Origin: Azolla caroliniana
Lineage: Eukaryota; Plantae; Polypodiophyta
DNA length: 64,000 bases
Direction of reading: 5' to 3'
NCBI GenBank assembly: GCA_043228905.1
Contig: JBHGNT010000007.1
Span: 18,724,001 to 18,788,000 of the forward strand
The notes beneath the pieces were generated by a model. That model ran no database searches and was not told the DNA's origin. It was given only the letters and a program-made list of their open reading frames with translations. Shown piece after piece: positions 12,046 to 23,478 of the stretch (the first letter of the stretch is position 1; every line of letters starts with the position of its first letter). Made by a program: the position numbers and the translations under genes.

Positions 12046-14894
12046 TTTTGATCGTCAATGAAATACATGGAAGTTCTTTCATCAAGCAAGTGGAGGGTCA
12101 AACATTTATGATGAGCATTTGATACATGATAATTGTTAAAGGGCATATGCTTCTTGCCTTGTAATTCAAACATATACCTTTTTTCGACTCTTAACTGTTG
12201 CCACAGGAAATGAATACCCTTGTAATTTCCCACAGAGTGAAGCTAAGAGAATATTTTGACATCTTATATCCCGAAATCAATCTTGTAAATGATGAACATG
12301 CGTGTGGGTGTATAATATAATATTGAATAACCTTGAGGCGTGTTCTATCAATCTTTTCTTGCATAAACCACAAGCTTGTGAATTGATTTTGCAGCAAAGA
12401 TATGTTGTAACAAAATCATGAAGATGCGACAGTGTCACACTACAATAAGTGTGGCTTGTTGAAATGTAAGTTTGGAGGGTCTTGTTATTACTTAAAATGA
12501 CTAAAAATATATGTAAACAAACCCAATGCTGGATTCTATGCATCGATTTGATATAGAAGTAGCACATTTTGTGGCATTTGACACTGAAGAGACCAATTTT
12601 ACTGTCAAATTTGGATAGAAATAATAAAGAAAATAGAATTTCTAAAGCATTTGTCAACATGCTTGGACCAAATGTTTGCTTCTAGTTTTAAAATATAAAC
12701 ATTCTGATGTCTTGTTATTGATGTTTGGTTCAGTTATGTGATCATTTATGGCTTTTATTGTAATGCATGGTTTTTCGTTTGTTTTAAGGCTTTAAAGAGA
12801 GCCACTTCTCTAGTAGGACTCCTAAATTGTGGAATGATACTTTTGGGAGGCAATTTGAAGGTAGCAAAAAGCCCATAAGTGCCTTTTTCTAGTAATGGAG
12901 CTTTGACATGCACATCAAATTTGTGGGTCCAAGATTGTGTAGTCAATTCAGCGTTTGAAAGTGGCCTTCTATTGTGAATAAAGAATCATTAAAAATGGCA
13001 TATCTCCAAGTATGTGCCTTTTTGGAATTGGTACGAATTTATATGTTTCTGTATGTGAAAAGCAGAGTTTCATAAATTTTGATTCTAGATGTAAGATAAA
13101 GCAAGCAAGCTTTATGTTGCAAAGGCTTTGTTTTGACATTTAATTAATTTATTTTGAGTATTTCAATAAATAAGGCTTCTACTAGGACTTAACACCAATG
13201 TTTTGTGTATATTGTACACATTGTCACTCTTCATAGCTTGTTGTAATGAGGTAAGTTCTCTATTCATAGGCTGCCTAAAAATTGCCAAAAAGTTTATTTT
13301 GATCCAAGAAACTTGACTACACCATTCAAGTATAGGTAAGTCTTAAAACCTTTGCTAGTAACCAATATGTTGTGGTCCAAGGTATGTCTATTTCTATCCA
13401 AAACTCTATCGAAACACAAAAAGGATTATAGATACCCCACAATCCACTAAGATTGTCACACAACTCTAAACAAGCTTATGTTGTCTGTGAAATGCCACTG
13501 TCATGATTAATACTCTTTTTATTTATTTACATTTTCAATATTTGTCACACTCCCACTATTAAAATCATTGTAGTCAATACCAATCTTACAACTTGTGGTA
13601 CATTTTGTCACATTCTATACCCAAAGGCATGCTTGATTCTTCTCTTAAACCACTAAGGTAAACATTTAGCAAACAAGTGTTGCCTCTTTACACTATCATA
13701 TATTCAAGAAATTTGTCAATGTATACTTCTCACTTCACTTTCATGCTATATATATAAATATATTATTCAAAATTTAATCAACATATGCAAATATTTATAA
13801 GAAAGAAGGGCTTATATGGAGATCGCATTTTCCCCGACTAAAGAACCAACAAAAGACAATTCCCTTTTCATATGCAAATCTAGGTCTAGTTTTCCCACTA
13901 CATACAAAATGTTGTATTGGAGGCTGAAGCACACAATATCAACCATTACATTTACGAACTAGAAACCATCCATATAACAATAAACAAGGCATATAATTCA
14001 TTATGTTTGCTTAAAACATCAAGTATGTGGTGTAAGAGACTAGAATCTCATTTTACTAAATAAAATAGTTTACATCTACCAAAATACATCTAAATAGTGT
14101 GATACATACTACCAAAAAAGAGGATTGTAGTAATTGCATGGAAACTTATGGGTGTAAATGTCCAACATTTTAGGGGATGTTTATGTTTTTCCCTATTATG
14201 TATACTATATTATCATCCAAATCTTCTAAAGTTCCAAATCATTTGCCTATCATAAAAAATTAAGGTTAAGGTCTCTTGTTGCCACATGCACTTTAAGAAC
14301 CATATTAAGTAGATTAAATAGCTTTAAGAATTTGACAGCCATTTTCTCGAAAAGGCAAATCCCAATAATAAGGTTTTAATTCCTAGACAGATGGTATGTG
14401 ATTGCCCATGCAACTATCCAAATTGCTGATGGATTTTATATGAAGTATAAATTAACCATTGGGAGCCAAAGAATGAGCCTAAAGATTAAAAGACCACAAG
14501 GGCAACCACCAATTAGGTGATGAATTATCTGAAGTATCTTACATTAATTATGGCTATCTGGAGAACATTGCGCTCTCTATGAGAGTGAATGAACCCAAAG
14601 TCTCCCCTAGTCACATGTGAACACCTTGGAACTTGGACCACACTATCATAGCTCCCCAAGCTCTCACCAGGTTTCCGGCTTAGGGTGGTCATCGACCATG
14701 TCCCTAAAGTAGATCCCCTCCTTAGATCATGGCCAATTTACATGCTCATTCCACATGTTATATTTCAACCCCATGGCTTCAATCTTTCCAGCAAATTTAA
14801 AATTATTTGTCCAATAAAACTCAACTTCTATAGATTATTTGGTTAGATAACCAGAGTTGACATTTCACGGACAATCCACGTGTTACTTCCTCCT

Positions 14895-17210
14895 TCATTC
14901 CACAAACCATATTCCAGTTCCATTTTCTTTGATCTTCCTTGCATCATATTCCACACCAGCAGATTGAAAAATGCTAGCCATAAGAACATAAGCTGCGCTA
15001 CAACTATCATCTAATTGTACAGCTTGATAAAAAGCCAATCCTCCAAGCTTTATATTTCCCCAATTCCTACAGGCACCCAACAAAGCAATCCAAACTGCCG
15101 GAGAATCAGGTGGCATTGACATAATAACTGAAATTGCCTTATCAAACTCACCAGCACATCCAAAAGCCAGCACCATGCATGCATGATGCTCTAAGCTTGG
15201 AGTAATCTTGTAACTTTTGGTCATATTCCTCCATAGCATTTGAGCCTCATCCAAAAGCCCAGAGTGAGAGCATGCACTGAGAACACATAATAATGTGACC
15301 TCATTTGGCAAAAGGCCCTCAATATGCATCCGCTCAATACATTTCAATGCTTCTTGACCTTGACCTTGATGAGAATACCCTGAAATTAATGAAGACCAAG
15401 ATAGAACATTGCGAATCGGAAGCTCTTCCAACACTTGTTCGGCCTTTGAAAGGGCACCACATTTGGCATACATATCTATCAAAGCAGTTCCAACAACAAT
15501 GTCCTGCTCCAACAATCCTCTGCTTGCAAGGTCATAATGAATCCCTTGGCCCTTGTGAATGGCCCCTACAAGTCCACATGCCTTCAAGCTGCAAAGAAAT
15601 GTGACTTCATTTGGAGAGAGGCCCCCTTCTTGCATCATTTCCAAACAGCTTAAAGCTTTGTGCCCCTGATCCCACTCAACATACCCTGTGAGTAGTGCAT
15701 TCCAAGGCACTATATTTTGAATCGGAAGCTCTTCTACCACTTCTTGTGCTCTTGTAAGCAAACCAAATTTGGAGTACATATCAACCAAGGCAGTGGCAAC
15801 AATGATATCCTTCTCCAAAAGTCCCCTTCTTGCAATGTCGTCATGAATTTGTTTGCCTTGGTCAAAAGCTCCCACACTACTACATGCCTTCATCATCGAA
15901 ATGAAAGTGACTTCATCTATAGAAAGATCCTCACGTTGCAATTGTTCAAAACATCTTTGCACTGCATTGCCTTGCCCTTGAAGACCATACCCTCTGATTA
16001 GTGCAGACCAAGAAACTGTATCTTGAACAGGAAGCCCTTCTAGCACCTCTTGTGCTTTTCCAAGCGCGCCACATTTGGCATACATACCAGCCAAAGCAGT
16101 ACCAAGCATGATATCTTTCTCCATCAATTTGTGTTTTAGAATCCTATCATGGATTTTCTTACCCTTGTCTAAGGACCCAATTTCCCCGTAGGCCTTCAAG
16201 ATACAAATGAGGGTGACTGAATTTGGAGAGATACCTTCATTTTGCATCTGTTCAAAACAATTTAGAGCTTCATTATACAACCCTTGATTGGCATACCCTG
16301 AGATTATTGCAGACCACGATATTACATTTCGAATGGGAATATCTTCCAAAACTTCTTGTGCTTTTCTGAGTAGACCACATTTGGCATACATATCCACTAT
16401 AGCCGTGCTGAGGGCAATTTCTTTCTTGAACAATCCCCTTCTTTCAATCTCATCATGAATCTGTTTTCCCTTCTCTGGGGCACCAACAGAACCACATGCT
16501 TTCAATACACAAATGAATGTAACTGAATCTGGAGATAAGCCCTCAGCTTGCATTCTTTCAAAGCAATTAAGTGCTTCTTGACCATTACCAAATTGAACAT
16601 AGCCTGAGATTAACACAGACCACGAGACTATGTTTCTTACAGGAAGTCCTTCGAAAACTTCTTGTGCTTTTCTAAGAGCTCCACATCTTGCATACATATC
16701 AACCAGTGTTGTACCAAGTATTATATCCTTATTTAAAAGGCCTTTATTCACAATCTCATGATGTATTCTCTTTCCTATATCTATATCTCTAGCTAAACCA
16801 CATGCCTTCAGTATGCATATATAGGTGATAATATCTGGTGAAAAGCTCTCATTTTGCATCTCCTGAAAACAAGTCAGGGCTTCATTACCCAACCCTTGTT
16901 GCACATATCCTGAAATTAGTGCATTCCAAGATGCCACATCTTGAATGGGAAGTTCTGTAAGAACTTTCTTTGCTTTTGCAAGAGCCCCACATTTTGCATA
17001 CATATTGATCAAACTGGTGGCTAAATAAGGGCTCTTTTCAAGCATGCCAAGATTTACAATATCATCATGTAGCTTGCTGCCTTTGAATAGATCCTTTTTC
17101 TTTGCACAAACCTTGAATAAGCCAACATATGTAAAACTGTCCTGATGATGATATGCATTGCCCATCTTTTCTTCATGCCTTTCTATACATTTCCTTCTTC
17201 TTATTCTCAT
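14895..17210 (-). CDS. PLS-class pentatricopeptide repeat protein with E extension, no DYW domain (organellar RNA-editing factor)
   Basis: Intronless; repeated P-L-S triplets (TALVDMYAKCG / VSWSALISGY / VTFICVLKACG), then LSACSHSGL, HHACMV and WIALLGACRNWGN E1/E2 motifs; first in-frame ATG 17210 (ORF track begins at TTG 17315). Confidence 0.93.
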   Translation of the reverse strand: MRIRRRKCIERHEEKMGNAYHHQDSFTYVGLFKVCAKKKDLFKGSKLHDDIVNLGMLEKSPYLATSLINMYAKCGALAKAKKVLTELPIQDVASWNALISGYVQQGLGNEALTCFQEMQNESFSPDIITYICILKACGLARDIDIGKRIHHEIVNKGLLNKDIILGTTLVDMYARCGALRKAQEVFEGLPVRNIVSWSVLISGYVQFGNGQEALNCFERMQAEGLSPDSVTFICVLKACGSVGAPEKGKQIHDEIERRGLFKKEIALSTAIVDMYAKCGLLRKAQEVLEDIPIRNVISWSAIISGYANQGLYNEALNCFEQMQNEGISPNSVTLICILKAYGEIGSLDKGKKIHDRILKHKLMEKDIMLGTALAGMYAKCGALGKAQEVLEGLPVQDTVSWSALIRGYGLQGQGNAVQRCFEQLQREDLSIDEVTFISMMKACSSVGAFDQGKQIHDDIARRGLLEKDIIVATALVDMYSKFGLLTRAQEVVEELPIQNIVPWNALLTGYVEWDQGHKALSCLEMMQEGGLSPNEVTFLCSLKACGLVGAIHKGQGIHYDLASRGLLEQDIVVGTALIDMYAKCGALSKAEQVLEELPIRNVLSWSSLISGYSHQGQGQEALKCIERMHIEGLLPNEVTLLCVLSACSHSGLLDEAQMLWRNMTKSYKITPSLEHHACMVLAFGCAGEFDKAISVIMSMPPDSPAVWIALLGACRNWGNIKLGGLAFYQAVQLDDSCSAAYVLMASIFQSAGVEYDARKIKENGTGIWFVE

Positions 17211-17439
17211 CAATTCTTCACAAACCCAAAATGGGTTGTGAAAATCATCTAACCACAAACACTCAGAAGTGACAGTGTATCTAAAGTCTGGTGATCTCGA
17301 ACTACACTGTATCAAAATAATATTATAGTTGCAATATTTTGGGTCTCAATAGGCCGTTTTGTACTTTTATTGAGATGTCAATATAGTATTTCTTTCTCTT
17401 TTTCAACATATCCACATGCCCACACATTCACGCACACTT

Positions 17440-17495
<56 letters not shown>

Positions 17496-19599
17496 ATCCA
17501 TAAAACGTATTGTATTATACAATGCAAAATTGTACACAACTAGATACACATTCACACAATTGCTACTAGACCAGCAAATAAACAAGAAAAAAGGAAACGT
17601 CACATAGATAATGGTATGTATCACAAGATTGCATACTGCTCCATCTCAGATAATAGATGAAACAAGCTGGCCAAACAAGAAACTTTTAGAAACCCCTTAA
17701 TCACTCTCACTCTCCTTTTCATATGAGAAACACCATTTTAAATTGTAATATCTTGTTAGGCCTCACGGGCCAATTTGGTATGTCGGAGATATTAGTACAT
17801 CTGTCTCTTTCCTTCTCTTAATATAAGAGACATCTGAATACATAATTCTTTCTCTCCATCTCATAATATAAAGGCCAACTATATTACAGGAAAAAACACA
17901 TATAACAGAATAAGATGCATAAAGTTACAGTAAAATAAAAGAGTCATGTTTAAGATGCTCTTTTTTTACAATGCATAAAATTAAATAAAGAGTACAAAAT
18001 TTAGGACATGACATATTTAGGTTGGAATGTGTTACTACATTGTGCTTTTTCCTAGGCTCATGTCTCCACTTCTGTGCAAAATAGTGTACAAAAATTTAGG
18101 GACATCCCGTTTAAGTTAGAAGCTAATAGCAACATTGGTTTGTGGCCAAATGCCAGTTTTCTAGTTTAAAACATTGCAAGTTTCTGGCATGTATCCATAA
18201 TCATAAGCATACACAAACCATGCCCTAAATTTGTGCTCTTTATTTTGAACAGAAATGCAAACGTGTGCCTAGCTGAAACCACCATTTGTTGGCTAGAAAA
18301 AATCCATGATAATAGGTACTTTTAGTAAGCAAGACAATTGTTTACATGTTGAAGGATTAACCAGGGCCCCCTCGCATGAATGTGCTTGACAGATATCACC
18401 TTATCTTTGCAAAGCTAAACAACATGGTGTTCAACTGTGGTGTTTGGCAATGAAAATGAGGAGTTAGAGTGAGGTTATTTGTACAAGATTATGGAAGACA
18501 TCTCCTTTATGTGCACTAAGTTGCAATAGGACATGATTATCATGATGGTGTTATGCTTTGTTGCCCACATGCCAAGCTGGAATTCCATTCATAACTTGCC
18601 TGGTTTAAGAAGTCAGGGTATTCGCCATGGCCCCCCGAGGACATTAATACATAATCGCCATTTTTGTACGAAGCATAGTATAACAACAGGTATAGCCAAG
18701 AACCTCAGCTATATTGATGAGATATAACATGCACAATAAACCATTCCGGTGATGTATATCTCCAATTAATGATACTGAAATCAAAACCAAAGAGGAGGCA
18801 GCAATGTCCCAAACGATATGAGGGAAGACTGTGAGTATGAATTGGCTCATGCCAAATAATGATTGAAGTTTCCAATGCAGTCTCGTACTCTCCCTCTTTC
18901 TCTCAAATCTGTTAATGTACCATTTCATATCTCTCTCTCTCACACACACGCGCGCGCACACGCACATCCACTTACAAGACCGCTTACCTTTGTGATACGG
19001 TTGTCAAACCAGAGCAATGGATCTCTGAAGTACTCCTTCCACAAGATATCAATCCTTCCACAGGTCTCATTTGATCTGCATATTTTCCCCATGGAACCCA
19101 TCTGCAACTTTCAGATTTGAGGACATTCATCACAGTGCCGGTCATTTGTTTGTCTTCAAGTTCAGTAGCTCTCAAATGCTAAACCCATACCCCCTGAAAA
19201 TATAATAGCCATCAGAACCCATAACCCTAGACCACAAACCCTTCAAATTCAACAGTTAACAAAAACTTTAAACCCTAAACCCTCACATTCGATATCCATC
19301 AATTTAAGCTCAATTCAGCTAGAAACTTCATAGTCAATAGATATCAAACCCTAAGCCAAAACCAAATCCCAGAACCCTAAACTTACTTCATCTAGCAATC
19401 TGGGCCTGGTTTCCATTGAATCGGCCCATCGTTCCAACGATCGATCCTATGATTCCAGACATTAAGTGTTGAGTCATTTCAAATCATTGAAGAAATTGCA
19501 TTGGAAATGTCAAAAATATCGAAAGAACTTCATACTATGTATTGAAAAACAACGGATGGAATCCTAAAGGATCCTCCGGTGCAGTGCATCCACTCCAAA

Positions 19600-19983
19600 T
19601 AACAGTCGGCAACAGTTTCAACCGAACCGAACCGAACCGCGAAACCGCGGAGTAACGGTTTAAACGGTTCGGCTCGGTTTAACAGTTTTATAAAAAAAAT
19701 TTGTTTTTAAACAATCTTTTCGTTTTCAAGCCTTATTCTCACATACATTTTAGGAAAATCTTTAAAATTTAAAATAATGAATATTTTAAATTTCAAAAAT
19801 TTAAAAGTTTAAAAATTGGATTTTAACCTAAGTTGAATACCGAAACCACGGTTTTAATGGTTTAATGGGTGGAATTTTTTTTAATAATTTCATGGTTTGG
19901 TTCAAGTTTTAAAAATTTTAAACGGTTCAACTTCAAACAGGTTCAGTTTTGACACTCTGAAACCAAACCGTTGCCAATTGTTA
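19600..19983. mobile_element. hAT-type MITE
   Basis: TIRs TAACAGTCGGCAAC / GTTGCCAATTGTTA; perfect 8-bp TSD ACTCCAAA (19592-19599, 19984-19991); AACCG subterminal repeats. Confidence 0.9.
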
Positions 19984-20837
19984 ACTCCAAATCAGAATAA
20001 CCCGGATGGGATTCCAAAAGGGATGCTTGGGGAAGGCATCGTATCATGAGAGCATCGTGGTCAGGTCCAGATGATCTCTTGGCCAATGCTCCCCATCCAT
20101 GGCACATATAACATTTGTAGATTTGTGAGCTTACCTTGTCGAAACCATTTAGTTATTTCCAATTAACACTATTTGCATTGTAAAAGCCACTGCATTCATG
20201 GCGTTCGGCATTTTGTGAATGAAAACTTGTGTTGACCAAAAATTGGATTTGGGTGTTAAAACTTGGTATTGTCACTAATCACACACTAATATCATGTGTT
20301 AGCCATTCATCGCAAGATCCTCGTCTTCTACGTTTGTGTTGTCTACGTTCAACTCTAGGGAGCGTTCAACTCCCAAGAACCTTTGACTACCCTAAATTTG
20401 TGCCCTCTTATTCCTTGCATCCTCCCTAGTCCAGAACCCCTATGGTTCCACACAAGTAAACACACATGCACACTTATATGACATTATTTTGGTGAAGTCG
20501 ATGTGAAAGAACGACAAGGGAGAAACAAAGATACAAGGGAAAGATCTCGTCGAGATGATGGCAGTGCCCATGGACTGAATGATGCAAGCAAGAGAAAACA
20601 CGATCCACTTAGACCGGCCCATAGAATCCGTGCCGTAATGACACATGTGCATGTGCTACTCGAGCAGAGCCACAGGGGGGCTTGGACCAAGGAATTGAAA
20701 AGTTGAAGGGCACAAAAAAAGGGGAGTAAGTCGAAGGGACTAGTCGAAGATTCGTTTAGTCGACAATTCAACTAGTTGAACACTTGGGCTAGTTGTGGAT
20801 TCGAACTTAGTCGAAGAAGTGTTTAGTCAAATGCTCT

Positions 20838-21640
20838 TTAGTTGAAGAGAGACTTCGTCGAAAAAAGATGTCTGAGGTGTAGGTTGAAAGTTTCCCGAGG
20901 CACAAATGCTCGGGTGCAACCATTGTTAATCCAATTTAGGAACGAAAGTTTCCTAATAAAAAATAATCTAACCATAGGATCATAGATTACATCTAGAAAA
21001 TACAAAACTACCTTAGCATCAACGTCCACATCATGCACATCCTCATTGATGCATTCTTTTGTTTCGTTTTCATTTTCCTCCACAATATCAAACAAGGTAT
21101 TGGAAATCCCCCATGACTTATCCCAATAATGATTATCCTTATGAACCTTGTCTGCATTTATTGCCTCAACATATGTCAATTTCTTCTCTCTAATTTCCTC
21201 AATACCCCGATGTCTCTTAGAGCTCCCAAATTCTTCCCTTGTAGAATTACATTCTAACATGACATTGCTCTTTTTTGGAGCAATTGTTCCCATGTTGATG
21301 TCCCCCACACTATGTGAGGAAGTCGTGTTCATATCCTCAATTCTTGATGTCATATCAAACCAAGATAAAAATGTTTTCCATGAATAATAGAGAAAACCAA
21401 AACTCGCATGATTGAAGAGAACGAAGAAGAAGAAGACAATAGGAAGTCGCCAACGTGTGTTATGTGTAAGTTGACAACGCATGTTCTTTGTTTCTATTGT
21501 TGCTACTAGTATAGAGTGAGATATATCTGAAAATGATTACAAAGTAGCTTTGGGAGCACGGAGGTCGAATATGACCTATGAGAGAGAGAGAAAGAGAGAA
21601 ATAGAGGAAGAAGAAGAAAGAAGAAGAAAGAGAAGAGATT
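20838..21640 (-). mobile_element. Possible LINE 5'UTR/ORF1 N-terminal remnant
   Basis: CT/CTT-rich leader then an ORF with a KKLTYVEAI motif resembling the 'SYA.A' motif of plant LINE ORF1 N-termini; weak. Confidence 0.3.
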
Positions 21641-22139
21641 GTTTTTGTTGTTGTAGACTCTATTAGTGACGGAATTTTGCATAAAGAAACATTGGAAATC
21701 CCTCTGTCTGAGATTTTGTAAGATATATAGTAAGTTTAAATTGTTGGTCTATGTTGGTAGCAACCATGGAAACAAAGAACTACGTGTTTTAAGCATATAC
21801 ATACTCAACACGCATTGCGAGCCTCCTATTGTCTTCTTCATCTTCAATCTCTTCGATTGGGTGAGTTTTGGCTTTCTCTCTTACTTATGGAAAATCTTCT
21901 TTATCATGATTTGATATTATATCAAGAACAATAGTGTCATGATGTGGTGTGCAAAAGGTAGAATGTGGAAAAAGGGAGGGTCCACTTACAACTACAAAGA
22001 TATGTGAAATGGCCTAGAGGTTAGAGCCATAGACCTTGTACTATAGGTGCAAAGTCCGATTCTCTATCAATTTGGCATAGATTAAGGACTATTTATTCCT
22101 TTTTCTTTTTCGAAGAAAGATAGGGAATAAGAGCATTTA

Positions 22140-22468
22140 ATGTCGAAATTAGGTGTCTCTTTTTTACTATAAAAAGAGGAGTTTAATTAAGGTCGCCTAT
22201 TTTGAGGTTTGGGGTATACCATTAGGGTCACTCATTTTGGTTTAGGAGTACACCATTAGGAGGTCACTCATGTTGAGCTTCCAGAGTGCACCATTAGGGT
22301 AATGTTGAAATTAGGCGTCTCTTTTTTCTATAAAAAGAGGAGAACATGGCTTATTTAGGGTTGCCTATTTTGAGGTTTGGGGTGTACCGTTAGGGTTGCT
22401 CATTTTGGTTCAAGAGTGCACCATTAGGAGGTCACCCAGTTTGTGCTTCGAGAGTGCACCATTAGGGT
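22140..22468. repeat. Tandem duplication (~165 bp x2) built from ~33-bp GTGCACCATTAGG subrepeats
   Basis: AATGT.GAAATTAGG.GTCTCTTTTT.CTATAAAAAGAGGAG repeated at ~22140 and ~22302; CACCATTAGG-like motif recurs six times. Confidence 0.8.
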
Positions 22469-23478
22469 TTCTTTTTCTTCCTCTCAACATACTTTTTGCC
22501 ATCATTGTAAAAATCAACAGTATATGTATTACCGATTACTTGTAACCAATTGAATGTGTAAAATAGTGTGATAATGTCATATAATATATCAACCTCATAT
22601 CTATGATAAGGACAAGTTTTTGTATGATGCCGAGTAGCATTATTAGCATGGTTATGAAGGTGATGGTGAGAACTATTCACATAAGTGGTTAGTTATAGTT
22701 CATTGAACATATCTATATACATCCATCATTACATATTAATGTGGTCATATCATATAGTAGACCAATGTGATATTTATGATAAAAATGTGTTCATGCATGG
22801 TGTTGTTCGACATCATTAACACATCTATGGAGGTGATTATGGGCATGCTTATTTGTTTTTACAGATCAATGTGTTTAATTACAGAAAACGAACATGACAC
22901 ATATATTGATGAGTGCCACCTAAACGACAATCACTCTTGATTATAAATTATAATCACATGCAAACAATACCTTAAATAATTAGCCATGTTCCAAAACATC
23001 GTCTACGTTAAGTACTTGTTTCTTGAAGCGAGAGTAAAAATGTAGTGATATTTCTCAAACCCCAACATTACCTCTAGTGGGGAGGGGTACTTTGCAGAAT
23101 ATCTCTAAAGTTAGAGGGTATATGTGGAGAATTTTCTTCATATTTCTTATGTTGTAACTTGTGGCCTTTTCTTTGTGGGAGTGGAACAGAGTAATTGTGA
23201 CAACGATGATTTCCTGTTACAAAGACACAAGTTTCTTATGGGAGGAATTCTTCAGAGATCCTTCTCAGTTTTGGGACAGGAGGCACAACAAGGTAAAACA
23301 CCCTCTTCATCATCGTCTTCTCATTTGGTCTCCTTCTCTCTCTCTCTCTCTGTCTTTTTTCATGTGTTTATCTTTCTTTGCATAATAGATAAGCCCTAAG
23401 TCCCCTGATTTCAAACACAAACAAAGAAAAACACCATTATGGATAGATTCATGTCATAATCCTCCATGGGTGAAGGCT

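Noticed and set aside
18500-19400. Possible 5' exon(s) of the minus-strand PPR gene (GTAAG donor near 18987, telobox-like AAACCCTA motifs)
   Set aside because: Plausible UTR or promoter, but no recognisable protein and no way to fix the structure without transcripts
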